64,000 nucleotides of DNA, from NCBI GenBank assembly GCA_965226495.1, contig OZ245365.1:4128001-4192000 (forward strand). The letters run 5' to 3'. A program made the position numbers and the translations under genes. The notes beneath the pieces are model-generated. The model saw nothing but the letters and a program-made list of their open reading frames with translations, did no database searches and had not been told where the DNA came from. Source of the stretch: Candidatus Marinacidobacterales bacterium (GTDB lineage: Bacteria > Acidobacteriota > Vicinamibacteria > Marinacidobacterales > DATDRI01). Positions 28,363 through 38,620 of the stretch are shown piece after piece; the first letter of the stretch is position 1, and every line of letters starts with the position of its first letter.

Positions 28363-31248
28363 CTACAGAACGTCCTGAACAATTCCCCTTAATTTGGCCA
28401 AGTTGCGTTTCACTTCTGGGCCCAGATGCACGCGTAGAACACGACGTCCACGCTCCACCAGAACTTCGAAATCCCCCTGCGCCTGAAAGCGCGTCAGGAT
28501 CCCGAAGGAGTATTTCTGTCCAGGGATCGATAGATCATCGGCGTCCTCGGATGTAATCTGGAGAAAGACCCCACTATTGGGGCCGCCCTTGTGCAATTGA
28601 CCGGTGGAATGGAGAAAACGCGGCCCGTACCCGAGAGTCGTCGCCACCTTCTTCGTGGACCGTACCGAGCGTCGGATGGCGTTCAGCTCCTTCTGGTTCT
28701 CCTCGTTCATCTCCACGTAGGCGTTGATGGCGAAGTAGTCGCCAGCTCCCAGGCGGCCGAGGTGGGCCCTCAGGTATTCTGTGAGATCCTTCGACTTGGC
28801 CGACGACGCGATCGCCTCTGCATTGCGAGCGTCGGCAAACAGGCTCAGATCGCCATCGGCGAGAAGCGGCGTTTCCGAAGGTAACTCGCCGGTCTCCTCG
28901 TAAGCGGCGGTCAGCTTCCGCGTCGCGACCTTGCTCGCTTCCACGTCCGGTTGGTTGAAAGGGTTGATTTCCAGGACCGAACCCGCGGCTGCGGTGGCGA
29001 CCTCCCAGCGGAAAAACTCCTGCCCTAGATCCATGCTCTCCACCAGTGTGATTCTCACCACTGGATGACCCGCAAGCTGGAGGGCCTCGGCAGCAACGTC
29101 TTGCTCCTTGGAAGGAGCGGGAGCGAGTCGGAGATGCACGAACACTCTGTCATCTCCGTAGGCCTCGGGAGGGCCTATCGGCTCGTTATCGATGGGTATG
29201 AGCCCCTTCCCTTCCTTACCGGTCGACTCTGCCAGCAGCTGCTCGAGCCATGCACCCAGCGACTCGATTCCGGGGGACGCGATGATCGTCACCTTGTCGC
29301 GCCCCCGCTTGGCCAGGGTGCCGAGGATGATGCCCAACTCGACGCCGGGGTTGACCTCCGGCGGCACAACCGATGCACAGGATTGCACCATGATCTCGGC
29401 GTTGTCCAAAAATCTCGGAACGTCCACGCCCATCACCGCAGCCGGCACCATACCAAAATGGGACATCACCGAGTACCGGCCGCCAATGGTCGGCACGCCG
29501 TGGGCGATGTGCCGAAAGTGTTCCGCTTTGGCCAGGCGGTGCAGCTTGGTCCCCGGGTCGGTGATGGCGATGAAGTGCGAGCCAGCTCTTTCCGGACCAA
29601 CCACCCGCTCGACCTTGTCGAAGAAGTACTGCTTGAAAACGTTGGGCTCGGTCGTACTTCCGGATTTCGACGACACGATGAAAAGCGTTTTCGCGGGATC
29701 CACCTTCTTCTCGAATGCCCTGACCTGGGCCGGTACCGTCGAATCGAGAACGAGCAGTTCCGGAAAACCATCCACGATACCAAAGGTGCGCCGCATCACC
29801 TCGGGCCCTAGACTGGATCCGCCCATTCCCAAGAGGAGGATGTGCGCGAAACCGCCCGACTGGACATCCTCGACGATGGCCCGTATGTGCTCGGGATGAT
29901 CGAGCTGGCCGCTCACGATGTGCAACCAACCCAGCCATTGATCCTCATCGGTGCCGGACCAAAGCGACGTGTCCCCCCGCCAGAGCCGTCTTACCTTCCC
30001 ACTGGTTCGCCAGTCGGTCAGAGTCTCCTGAACATCCCCCTCTGCTTCCCCAAGGAAGTAGGATTGCTTGGCCAGCTCGCCTGCTAATAGAGACTGTCGT
30101 TTCCGTTCTACCGCGGCGAGAAGCTTGTCGAAAGCGTCCGAGAATTTCTTCACTCCATCGGCGAGCAGATGGTCGGTTACATCCTTCATCGAGATGCCGA
30201 CGTCGGCGAGGGTGACCATCGTTTCCTCCGCTTGCTCGATGTTCTCCGCCCAGTTCTCGGTTAGACTCGGGCGCACGCGGCCTTTGGATCGGAACGCCAA
30301 ATAAGTCTCGGTGGGCACGGTGTTCACGGTGTCTTCGCCGATCAGTTCATCGACGTAAAGAGTCTTGGGATACTTCGGGTTCTTGGTGCTGGTGCTTGCC
30401 CACAAGAGCCTTTGTGTCTTGGCCCCTTTGTCGGCCAGCGTCTTCCACGTCTTTGCGGAGTGAAGCTCTTTGTAGAGCGCATAGGCGACCTTCGCGTTGG
30501 CGATGGCCACCTTCCCAAGCAAGCTCTTCAACTTCTGGCGCCTTTTAGCATCCCTCGTAGCGTCGAGAGCCTCACAGAGCTTCTGGTCGATGAGCGAATC
30601 GATACGACTGACGAAGAAGCTAGCCACGCTCGACACGCGGGAGAGGTCGCCTCCCGACGAAGCGAGCATCTCGAGACCATCCATGTACGCTTTGGCCACC
30701 GCCGCATAGGACTCGACCGCGAAAAGCAACGTGACGTTGATGTTGATGCCCTCTCCAATGAGCTGCCTGATCGCGGGCACACCCTCGGGAGTCGCGGGGA
30801 CTTTAATCATCACGTTCGGCCGACCGATGGTCTTGTGCAGGCGGCGGGCTTCCTCGAGCGTACCTTCGGTGTCGTTGGCGAGGTAGGGCGACACCTCCAT
30901 GCTCACGAAGCCGTCGCGGCCCCCGGTTTGCTCGTAAACGCCGGCCAGGACGTCGGTGGCTAGTTGAATATCCTCGATGGCCAAACCTTCATAAACGCTC
31001 TTGGCGTCCCCGGCATCTTGCGAGACTAGCTTCTTGGTCGCGGCGTCGTAGTCGGTGCTGCCCGCCAGAGCCTTTTCGAAGATGGAGGGGTTCGACGTCA
31101 CGCCCAACAAGCCGTCTCCCTCCACCATCTCCTTGAGCTCGCCGGAAGTAATGAGGCCGCGGCGAATATTGTCGTACCAGATGCTCTGGCCGAATTTCTG
31201 AACGTCGTGAATCAGATTGGACACGTTGCCAGCCTCGAATCTTTCCAT
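28363..31248 (-). CDS. Bifunctional transaldolase / phosphoglucose isomerase
   Basis: N-half GQSIWYD, GVTSNPSIF, MIKVPAT, RLLWASTSTK; C-half GMGGSSLG, SKSGSTTE, GGRYS, EQLLAESTGK, NPFNQPDVE. Confidence 0.94.
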   Translation of the reverse strand: MERFEAGNVSNLIHDVQKFGQSIWYDNIRRGLITSGELKEMVEGDGLLGVTSNPSIFEKALAGSTDYDAATKKLVSQDAGDAKSVYEGLAIEDIQLATDVLAGVYEQTGGRDGFVSMEVSPYLANDTEGTLEEARRLHKTIGRPNVMIKVPATPEGVPAIRQLIGEGININVTLLFAVESYAAVAKAYMDGLEMLASSGGDLSRVSSVASFFVSRIDSLIDQKLCEALDATRDAKRRQKLKSLLGKVAIANAKVAYALYKELHSAKTWKTLADKGAKTQRLLWASTSTKNPKYPKTLYVDELIGEDTVNTVPTETYLAFRSKGRVRPSLTENWAENIEQAEETMVTLADVGISMKDVTDHLLADGVKKFSDAFDKLLAAVERKRQSLLAGELAKQSYFLGEAEGDVQETLTDWRTSGKVRRLWRGDTSLWSGTDEDQWLGWLHIVSGQLDHPEHIRAIVEDVQSGGFAHILLLGMGGSSLGPEVMRRTFGIVDGFPELLVLDSTVPAQVRAFEKKVDPAKTLFIVSSKSGSTTEPNVFKQYFFDKVERVVGPERAGSHFIAITDPGTKLHRLAKAEHFRHIAHGVPTIGGRYSVMSHFGMVPAAVMGVDVPRFLDNAEIMVQSCASVVPPEVNPGVELGIILGTLAKRGRDKVTIIASPGIESLGAWLEQLLAESTGKEGKGLIPIDNEPIGPPEAYGDDRVFVHLRLAPAPSKEQDVAAEALQLAGHPVVRITLVESMDLGQEFFRWEVATAAAGSVLEINPFNQPDVEASKVATRKLTAAYEETGELPSETPLLADGDLSLFADARNAEAIASSAKSKDLTEYLRAHLGRLGAGDYFAINAYVEMNEENQKELNAIRRSVRSTKKVATTLGYGPRFLHSTGQLHKGGPNSGVFLQITSEDADDLSIPGQKYSFGILTRFQAQGDFEVLVERGRRVLRVHLGPEVKRNLAKLRGIVQDVL

Positions 31249-31328
31249 TGAGAATTGTAGAGTGTAAACCGTTCCTCGTTCCCCGTCAGATGTAACCCAT
31301 TAGCAAGCGCCAGGCAAGATGGCCCGCC

Positions 31329-31342
31329 GGGGCCCCACCCCC
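31329..31342. repeat. REP family A core, single copy
   Basis: GGGGCCCCACCCCC next to the stop codon of the 31344-34067 gene. Confidence 0.6.
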
Positions 31343-31343
31343 A

Positions 31344-34067
31344 CTACTTGGTCTCGAGAATCAATTGGTTTCCGTCGATGCGAAAACGATCATAGTCCGG
31401 AAGGGCGACTGATTCATCCGTCCCAGATAGAACGACAAACTGCAAGAGCCTTTCCAGCCGGGTGCTGAACTGTTCGATCCGGAAGTCGCCGAAGCCCGCC
31501 TCTGCAAGGGCTCGCTCGACGTCACCGATCCCTCCCAGCTGCGAAATGATGTCGTCCCGCTGGGCTCGATTCCAACCCCTTAGGTACTCCCCGAAGCCGT
31601 TCCGGGCAAACGCTTCCAGTGCGTCCTCGCGATGGCCCAGCCATTCCAGGGCGGTCGGCGTGACATCTAACACGGTCGGGTAGTGGAGTCCCTTGTCATC
31701 CGGCAGTAGTTCGCCCTCGGGCGTCGTCCGGTAGCGGGAGCGTGCATAAAGAGGACCCGAGCCCACGCCCGGCCCGGAAACCAGCATCAGAGTCTGTTTC
31801 TCAGCGCGGTGAATTCCACCGTGTCCCCCACCATTGCTACCGAAGTTCCAGTTTTCCCGATGCAAGACGAGCAGATCGCCGATGGCCGGGTTGTCGGAGT
31901 ACAGGTAAGACCCGATGCCTGCTACCGCGTTACGATAGTAGTGGCCGCTGTTCGGTGCGGCGCTCCGATCGTTCCACTCGTTATACGTGCCCACCGTTCC
32001 TTCCCCGCGGCCGAGCTCACCGTAGTAGAGCGGGTCGATCGCCGACTGATGGTCGACACGGTATCGGAAGACTAGCTCGTCGGTCCGAACGTCTCGCCAC
32101 ACCGTGATGCGCCCAGAGTTCGACTGCCAATCGATGACGCGGATATGGATTGTCTCCGGGAGCTTTCCGCCGGAGCTTATCTGATCGTTCTCTTCGCGGA
32201 CGAAGATGAGGCCAACACCCGGATGGGCTTTGAGCGCATCGACAACGGTGGTTTTCGAGCGAGTCCCTCCTCGGTAGTCTAGAATCTGTCGGTAGGAAGG
32301 GCGTCGGGCCCAGGTGCATTGGCGGGATTCGACTCCCCGGCAAGAAGGAACGAAGATCTCTGCGTTGTTTCTGGCACCTCCCCCGTAGACGAGCCTCACG
32401 TGGCGCTCGAAAATGCCACGTCTGGCCTTCACTTCACTTTCCGAATAGGCGGGATCGCCCCGCAAGTACAGGTCCGCCAACAAATCGACTGCGGGTTCGG
32501 CAACCTGGTCCAGAGTCATATCGAGCTTTGGGTCGACCAGCAACGTTCGCATAAAGAAAAGCCACCAGTACCGCTCATGCAAGTTGGCTCGAAGGGCGAC
32601 GCGGAGCTCGTCGAAGAATTCCGCCGCCCAGACCCTGGCTTCCGTTGTGCGGAGTCGGATGCCCTCGGGCTGCCAGGAACTGTATCGGTAGGGCTGCGAC
32701 AATCGGCGCGGCATCTCGAGGTAGTCGATTCCGAGCTCGGCTCGGGGGCTAAGCTCCTCCATCTCCGCGCCTGTTTGTAGGCCAAGCGCACTATTTAGCG
32801 AGTCGAGAAAGCTGACTTTCATTGACAGAGGATCGCGATAGGGGTTCGCCTCCGGGCCGGGCGGGACCATCATGCGATGAGTATCCACCATGCCGTGATC
32901 GCCAAACAGGATGAAGAGAGTACGCTCGAAGAGCGAGTCGTCGACTCGGTCACTCTTCATGTAACGCAGGAGATCGTTCCGAGGAGCTTCAAAGCGTCGC
33001 TGCCCCCTAGAGTCGAAACGGATGCTGCGAAACCGATCGATCAAATAGCCGAGCTCTATGTCGATGAAGATCATCGCCAAGACGTAGTTGGGTCGGGTGA
33101 CTCTTAGAAGAGGGACGCTTCCCGGCTTCGCCGCTCCGTCCGACGGATCGCGAGGAACCTGGATTAAAGGAAGCTCGATGCAAAGGCGTTCGTGCTTCCG
33201 GGTCAGCAGACCATGTTGTACCCGTTTGAAATAGCGGTCCTCCAACTGTTCGAGGTATCCGGGATCGTCATCGAGAATTTGGAAGATCGTAGGATCGGTA
33301 TCCTGCTCCTCTCGAATGAAACAGTGTTCCCTCACCGACGAGAAGGTCGTCACTCCTTCCAGGTGGGACATCTCGTCCGCTGCGGCGAGCAATAGATTGG
33401 AGAACGCCGGCATTTTCTCATCCGGGTTGCGAGCGATCCGTTCGTGGATGTCGAGAAAATAGCGCATCGTGGCGTCGGCCTGGTTGTAATAGCTGTGGTC
33501 GTAGACCGCTTTCGCTCCTTCCAGGTAGGCGCGGCCGTAGTTCGCAAAGGGAACGCCCCGTCTGTGCAGGCTCATGCCTGCGACGAGGGTTTCACCGCGA
33601 TGACGGAGGTAATCTTGGATAGTGGGATAGCGTGGGAACTCGAGGCCCAGGGCGTAGTTCAAGACCTCGGCCGGATCCAGCCAGAAGTTACGGAAGTGCA
33701 AGTTGGCGCGACTAAACTGCCACCAGCCCACCACGTACGTATCGAGGCGGGACGTGAGATAGGACTGGATGATCTTCATCGTCTCCGTTTTGTCCACGGT
33801 AGACGCGTCGTAGGAGATGCGGCCTCGCGACAGTAAAAACTCGAAGTGAGGCAAACGGCCGGAGACGAGGAGAGAGCGGAAGACGTCGGCACGGAACCCG
33901 TCGAGGTGAATGAACTGGACGTGGCGGTTGGAGGGAGCGGTGGGGCGGCCCTCCCCGGTCTCGCCGCTCCCGAGACGAGCGGCGACCGTCAAAACGAGGC
34001 CAAACGTTAAAGAGATCGTTAGGCTTCGTGCCCAAGTACAGGGTCTGGACTCTCGGTTTCGAGGCAA
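31344..34067 (-). CDS. Large alkaline-phosphatase-superfamily (nucleotide pyrophosphatase/phosphodiesterase-like) protein
   Basis: IHLDG, DEMSH, FGDHG, GGHGG and DVTPT metal-site motifs spread over 907 aa; N-terminal hydrophobic segment; start uncertain. Confidence 0.75.
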   Translation of the reverse strand: MPRNRESRPCTWARSLTISLTFGLVLTVAARLGSGETGEGRPTAPSNRHVQFIHLDGFRADVFRSLLVSGRLPHFEFLLSRGRISYDASTVDKTETMKIIQSYLTSRLDTYVVGWWQFSRANLHFRNFWLDPAEVLNYALGLEFPRYPTIQDYLRHRGETLVAGMSLHRRGVPFANYGRAYLEGAKAVYDHSYYNQADATMRYFLDIHERIARNPDEKMPAFSNLLLAAADEMSHLEGVTTFSSVREHCFIREEQDTDPTIFQILDDDPGYLEQLEDRYFKRVQHGLLTRKHERLCIELPLIQVPRDPSDGAAKPGSVPLLRVTRPNYVLAMIFIDIELGYLIDRFRSIRFDSRGQRRFEAPRNDLLRYMKSDRVDDSLFERTLFILFGDHGMVDTHRMMVPPGPEANPYRDPLSMKVSFLDSLNSALGLQTGAEMEELSPRAELGIDYLEMPRRLSQPYRYSSWQPEGIRLRTTEARVWAAEFFDELRVALRANLHERYWWLFFMRTLLVDPKLDMTLDQVAEPAVDLLADLYLRGDPAYSESEVKARRGIFERHVRLVYGGGARNNAEIFVPSCRGVESRQCTWARRPSYRQILDYRGGTRSKTTVVDALKAHPGVGLIFVREENDQISSGGKLPETIHIRVIDWQSNSGRITVWRDVRTDELVFRYRVDHQSAIDPLYYGELGRGEGTVGTYNEWNDRSAAPNSGHYYRNAVAGIGSYLYSDNPAIGDLLVLHRENWNFGSNGGGHGGIHRAEKQTLMLVSGPGVGSGPLYARSRYRTTPEGELLPDDKGLHYPTVLDVTPTALEWLGHREDALEAFARNGFGEYLRGWNRAQRDDIISQLGGIGDVERALAEAGFGDFRIEQFSTRLERLLQFVVLSGTDESVALPDYDRFRIDGNQLILETK

Positions 34068-34184
34068 GGCTCCCGCTCCTGTCTCGGGCAGAAGTTAGCA
34101 CGTCGAGCGCGGTGACGTCGAACCGTTGGAGCTCTAGCAAAAAAGGCGCATTCACCCTGCCTTTACGAATTTGCCGCCCGATCC

Positions 34185-34330
34185 TTGTCGAAACTTCGTG
34201 GTGGCCATTTCGGGTTTCAGTGTTCACAAGCACACCAAACGTCCCAGTGACCGCGAAGGGAGGGATCGGCTTGCTTGCTACCTCATGCGGGCCCCAGTGG
34301 ACCTGTCCCGGCTTCGCGTGGAGCGCGATG
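34185..34330 (+). mobile_element. Degraded IS91-like (HUH) transposase fragment
   Basis: SGFSVH...[22 protein letters not shown] resembles the conserved (H)SGFSVH / LARYxxRxPxxLxRL block of IS91-like transposases; frameshifted just upstream. Confidence 0.6.
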
Positions 34331-35612
34331 AGCTGTTGCGGGCTCGGCGCCCGAATTTCCCACCGTTTCCGTGGCTTGCCCCTCCGCCATGGCGCTCGCG
34401 GCTGGATGAAGGGCGGGATTGAGTCCGGCCTCTTCCGACACCCGGGCGATGACGACTGGAGTCGACGACCGGCCCCGCGCTCGGCTCGAATCGAGCCACG
34501 ATCTCGTAGGGGAGCTGCCGCTTCAACAGGCGCTCGATCCCGTGGAGAAGAGAGCTCTCGTCCGGCGAAACGAGCGAGACGGCTCGGCCTTCGCGGCCTG
34601 CTCGTCCCGTACGTCCGATACGGTGAACGTAGTCTTCGGGGACGTGGGGCAGCTCGAAGTTGACGACGTGAGGCAGCCGATCGATATCCAGGCCGCGAGC
34701 GGCGATGTCGGTGGCCACGAGGACTCGAGTTTGCCCGCGCTTGAAGGCCGCGAGCGTACGGGTGCGCACCCCTTGACTCTTGTCGCCATGGATGGCGTCC
34801 GTACGGATACCTTTTTGGCTAAGCTCACGCGCCAGCCGGTCGGCATGTCGCTTGGTGCGGGTGAAGACCAACACTTGTTTCCAGTCGCCGGACCGAATGA
34901 GATGGCTCAGCAGCGTCGCTTTGCGCTGCCGGTCGACGGGGTGGACGACGTGCGACACGCCGTCCGCCGTCGTCTGCTCACTCGCGATTTCTATGCGGCG
35001 CGGAGAGTTTAAGAGTTTGTCCGCGAGCTTCTGGATTTCGTTCGGGAGTGTAGCGGAGAAGAGAAGGTTCTGGCGCGTGGCTGGCAAGATATCGAGAATC
35101 CTGCGGATGTCAGGCATGAATCCCATATCCAGCATGCGATCGGCTTCGTCCAGTACGAGGATCTCGACGCTGGACAAATCCACGGTTCTCTGTCCGACGT
35201 GGTCCAAGAGTCGCCCCGGGGTAGCCACTAGAATCTCAACACCCTTTCGAAGCGTTTGGACCTGGGGAGCAAAACCGACTCCGCCGTAAACGACAGTCGA
35301 TTTGAGCGGCAGGTATTTGCCGTAGGTGTGCACACTCTGTTGAACTTGAGCCGCGAGCTCCCGGGTCGGGGTAAGAATGAGTGTTCGGATGGCGCGGCGC
35401 GATGAGCGGCGCGGTGTGTCGCTCAGCCGCTTCAGCAGCGGCAGAGTAAAGCCCGCCGTTTTTCCCGTTCCGGTCTGGGCTCGCGCGATGACGTCGCCTC
35501 CGTTCAAGATGGCGGGGATGGCGAGACGTTGCACCGGTGTCGGGACGCTGTAACCCTGTTCCGCTACAGCTTGCAAGAGTTCGGCCGACAGGCCGAGGGT
35601 ATCGAATGACAT
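34278..35612 (-). CDS. rhlE: DEAD-box RNA helicase, RhlE-like
   Basis: [39 protein letters not shown]; R/S/G-rich tail; start MSFDTL. Confidence 0.9.
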   Translation of the reverse strand: MSFDTLGLSAELLQAVAEQGYSVPTPVQRLAIPAILNGGDVIARAQTGTGKTAGFTLPLLKRLSDTPRRSSRRAIRTLILTPTRELAAQVQQSVHTYGKYLPLKSTVVYGGVGFAPQVQTLRKGVEILVATPGRLLDHVGQRTVDLSSVEILVLDEADRMLDMGFMPDIRRILDILPATRQNLLFSATLPNEIQKLADKLLNSPRRIEIASEQTTADGVSHVVHPVDRQRKATLLSHLIRSGDWKQVLVFTRTKRHADRLARELSQKGIRTDAIHGDKSQGVRTRTLAAFKRGQTRVLVATDIAARGLDIDRLPHVVNFELPHVPEDYVHRIGRTGRAGREGRAVSLVSPDESSLLHGIERLLKRQLPYEIVARFEPSAGPVVDSSRHRPGVGRGRTQSRPSSSRERHGGGASHGNGGKFGRRARNSSSRSTRSRDRSTGARMR

Positions 35613-35760
35613 GAAAGTAGACTGCTCCTGAATCGGCCTAACCAGTGCCTGGGGCACGGACCGATCTAGGCAGAAATCTAAAACTTAGGTTGTATTCGGG
35701 GGTAGCCAGTAGGGATAACCGCGAAAGGCTCTCGCGCAGATCGGAATGCGCTGAGATGCA
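35613..35760 (-). promoter_or_regulatory. Structured ~145-nt 5' leader of the helicase gene (candidate cis-regulatory RNA)
   Basis: Nested stems AUCGGUC/GGCCGAU and GUGCC/GGCAC immediately 5' of the AGGAG RBS. Confidence 0.5.
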
Positions 35761-35765
35761 AACTG

Positions 35766-35774
35766 ATTATAGCA
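35766..35774 (-). promoter_or_regulatory. Extended -10 promoter (TGCTATAAT) for the helicase gene
   Basis: Exact TGnTATAAT on the minus strand. Confidence 0.6.
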
Positions 35775-35883
35775 GCATAAGGGACCGAATGCTTCCTTTT
35801 TTTGATGTAAGTTCCACGAAAGTACACTTTTAGGGGGACTTTGGCGTGCGTACGACGAATTCTGCCTTGAGTTTCCACGTTTT

Positions 35884-36055
35884 CGCGTGCACGGCTACCT
35901 GAGCATCTGTGCCGCTCCATTGCCTCTCTTCCGTAGTCGTGCTCGGCCAGATACCCCTCGGTGAGGTGGGGCGCAAGCTTGGCGACGCCGCTCAGCCGCC
36001 GCTCATCCAACTCGCCGATGTGTGTGATCAGCTCTGACTCGACGCGCCGGGATTC
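35884..36055 (-). pseudogene. Internally deleted remnant of an HNH-endonuclease/DUF222-like gene
   Basis: ESRRVESELITHIGELDERRL + SGVAKLAPHLTE + GYLAEHDYGREAMERHR resemble N-terminal, middle and post-HNH blocks of that family as I recall it. Confidence 0.55.
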
Positions 36056-36117
36056 GCCCTCACTTCCACTGCGCCAGCCGGCAACACTTCCTTGAGGGGA
36101 GTGCGCTAGAATCGACG

Positions 36118-37332
36118 ATGTTCGCCGATGTGGATCGCACCTAATCCTAGCCTCGGCGTTCTTCCGTGCCGCCGCCACGGGAATGCTGAGCATCCTGCTC
36201 GGCCTCCTCCTTCCGCTACGGGGCTTCGGCGCCACGGGCGTCGGAATCGTCCTCTCCCTCGGATTCGTCGGCATGGGCCTGGGGACCGCGCTGACCGCTC
36301 GGGTTGGTGATACTTGGGGACGAAAACGCAGCCTCGTCCTTTTTTCGACCCTTTCCTGCTTGGGAGCGCTTCTGGCCTCTTTGCCGAGGACCTGGCATGG
36401 ATGAGCCTGGCGGCCTTTTTAGGGATGTTCAACGGTATGGGGCGAGATCGCGGAGCCGCCTTGGTCTTAGAGCATGCAGCGCTCCCATCCATTGTCGGCG
36501 AAGGGAACCGCACCCGGATGTTTGCCTGGTACAACATAGTTCAGGATTTGGGACACGCCCTCGGGAGTCTTATGGTCGGGCTGCCCTACTTGCTGAGGAT
36601 GATGGGAGGCGTTCCAATCGAGTCGTCCTATCAGATCTCGCTCGGTGTTTGCGCGACCCTTTTCGGGACGGGCATCATTTTCAGTTCGCTCCTTTCACCG
36701 CGCATCGAAACCCGGGCGCTTCCGAGCGCCCGCCCGTTTCTCCCGAAACCCGGAAAGTCCTCTTTCGCCTGTCAGGCCTTTTCGCCGTGGATAGCGTCGG
36801 AGGAGGGTTTTTGACGACGACTCTCCTTTCCTACTGGTTTTTCGAGCGTTTCGGGGTTCAGGAGGGCGAGCTGGCGATTCTATTTTTTCTGGCGCGAATC
36901 GCCAACGCGGCTTCGCATCTAGGCGCCGCTTGGCTTGCCGAACGCATTGGTCTGGTCAATACGATGGTCTTCACCCATATTCCCTCGAGCCTCCTTCTCG
37001 TGTCGGTGACCTTTGCGCCAAACTTCCTGGTCGCGGCAGTCCTGTTCTTAATGCGGGAAGGACTTTCTCGGATGGACGTACCGACGCGCCAGTCCTACGT
37101 GGTGTCGATCGTCGAGCCCGAGGCTCGCACGCTCGCCTCGGGAGTCACCAATCTGACACGCAACCTGGGTTGGGCTGCGTCTCCCGTTATCGCGGGAGCA
37201 CTCATGGCTGGCCGTTCTCTTTCCGCGCCTCTTTTCATCGGAGCAGGAATAAAAATAGCCTATGACGTCATGCTCTACGTGGCTTTTCGTAACTTGCGGA
37301 CTTCGGAGGAGGGCGCGTCGCGGAAAACCTAG
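36118..37332 (+). pseudogene. MFS transporter with three apparent frameshifts
   Basis: MFADVDR / HLILASAFF...GDTWGRKR / FAEDLAW...GRDRG / PETRKVLFRLSGLFAVDS...MDVPTRQSYV lie in successive frames; shifts near 36138, 36378 and 36725. Confidence 0.8.
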
Positions 37333-37381
37333 AACAAGGACGAGGCGAGAAAGAGCAGAGGGCCATGCGGCCAAGAAATTA

Positions 37382-38608
37382 TCAACCGAAATCGTCGAAG
37401 AGGATATTCTCCGGCTCTACTCCTAGGCCGTCGAGCATTTGCATGCAAGCCTTGAGCATGAGCGGCGGACCACAGAGGTAATACTCGATGTCCTCGGGCG
37501 AGGGATGATCCTTTAGATAGTTGTCATAAACGACCTGGTGGATGAACCCCGTGTACCCGGTCCAGTTGTCCTCGGGTAGCGGCTCGGAAAGGGCGAGGTA
37601 CCACTTGAAGCTATCGAAGTCCTTCTGAATCTTGTCGAAGTCTTCGATATAAAACGCCTCGCGCAGGCTCCGCGCCCCATACCAGAAGGTGATCTTGCGC
37701 TTGGAGTGGAGTCGGCAGAACTGGTCGAAGATATGTGAGCGCATCGGCGCCATTCCGGCGCCGCCGCCGATGAAAAGCATCTCAGCCTCGGTCTCTTTGG
37801 CGAAGAATTCGCCGAAGGGGCCTGAGATAGTGACCTCGTCTCCCGGCTTCAAACTGAAGATGTAGGACGACATGATTCCCGGCGGCGTGCCTTCGGGCGC
37901 TCGGGGTGGCGGGGAGGCTACGCGCACGTTCAGCAGGATGATGCCCTTCTCCTCCGGGTAATTAGCCATGGAGTAGGCGCGGGTCACGGGCTCCCCCACC
38001 GTAGACCCGTAGCGCCACACATTGAACTTGTCCCAATCCGCGCGGTACTCTTCTTCGACCTCGAAGTCTTTGTAGTTGACGACATGCGGTGGGGATTCGA
38101 TCTGAATGTAGCCACCGGCCCGGAACGGAACCGATTCTCCCGGAGGAAGCTCCAACACCAGCTCTTTAATGAAGGTAGCCACATTGTGATTCGAGCGCAC
38201 TTTGCACTTCCACCTACGAACATCGAAGACCTCGGCCGGCACAACGATCTTCATGTCCTGCTTGACCTTCACCTGGCACGACAGGCGGACGCCCTCCCGG
38301 GCCTCACCACGGCTGATGTGGTTCTCCTCCACCGGGAGCATGGCCCCGCCGCCCTCTTTGACACCGACCGTGCAAACGCCGCACGTTCCCTTTCCCCCGC
38401 AGGCCGAGGGAATGAAGATCTTGTTGTCGGCCAGCGTGCTCAGGAGCGTTCCTCCCGCCGCGGTGGTAATCACCTTGTCCGGGTCATCGTTCACGGTGAT
38501 GTCCACGTCCCCGGTGGCGACCAACTCTCGCCGGGCAACCATCAACACACCCACCAGCGTCACGATGACGAAGGTGAACATGAAAACGCCGAGTGCAACG
38601 GTGACCAT
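37382..38608 (-). CDS. nqrF: Na+-translocating NADH:quinone reductase subunit F
   Basis: [12 protein letters not shown] 2Fe-2S motif, [20 protein letters not shown]-terminal DDFG. Confidence 0.97.
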   Translation of the reverse strand: MVTVALGVFMFTFVIVTLVGVLMVARRELVATGDVDITVNDDPDKVITTAAGGTLLSTLADNKIFIPSACGGKGTCGVCTVGVKEGGGAMLPVEENHISRGEAREGVRLSCQVKVKQDMKIVVPAEVFDVRRWKCKVRSNHNVATFIKELVLELPPGESVPFRAGGYIQIESPPHVVNYKDFEVEEEYRADWDKFNVWRYGSTVGEPVTRAYSMANYPEEKGIILLNVRVASPPPRAPEGTPPGIMSSYIFSLKPGDEVTISGPFGEFFAKETEAEMLFIGGGAGMAPMRSHIFDQFCRLHSKRKITFWYGARSLREAFYIEDFDKIQKDFDSFKWYLALSEPLPEDNWTGYTGFIHQVVYDNYLKDHPSPEDIEYYLCGPPLMLKACMQMLDGLGVEPENILFDDFG

Positions 38609-38620
38609 GGTGTGACGCTC

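Noticed and set aside
24660-31248. tal-pgi fusion operon as a novelty
   Set aside because: Bifunctional transaldolase/PGI with pentose-phosphate genes is a known arrangement
35678-36274. 198-aa minus-strand ORF as a real gene
   Set aside because: Only the central ~57 codons look protein-like (HNH-family remnant); the rest is antisense to the MFS gene or overlaps the helicase promoter and leader
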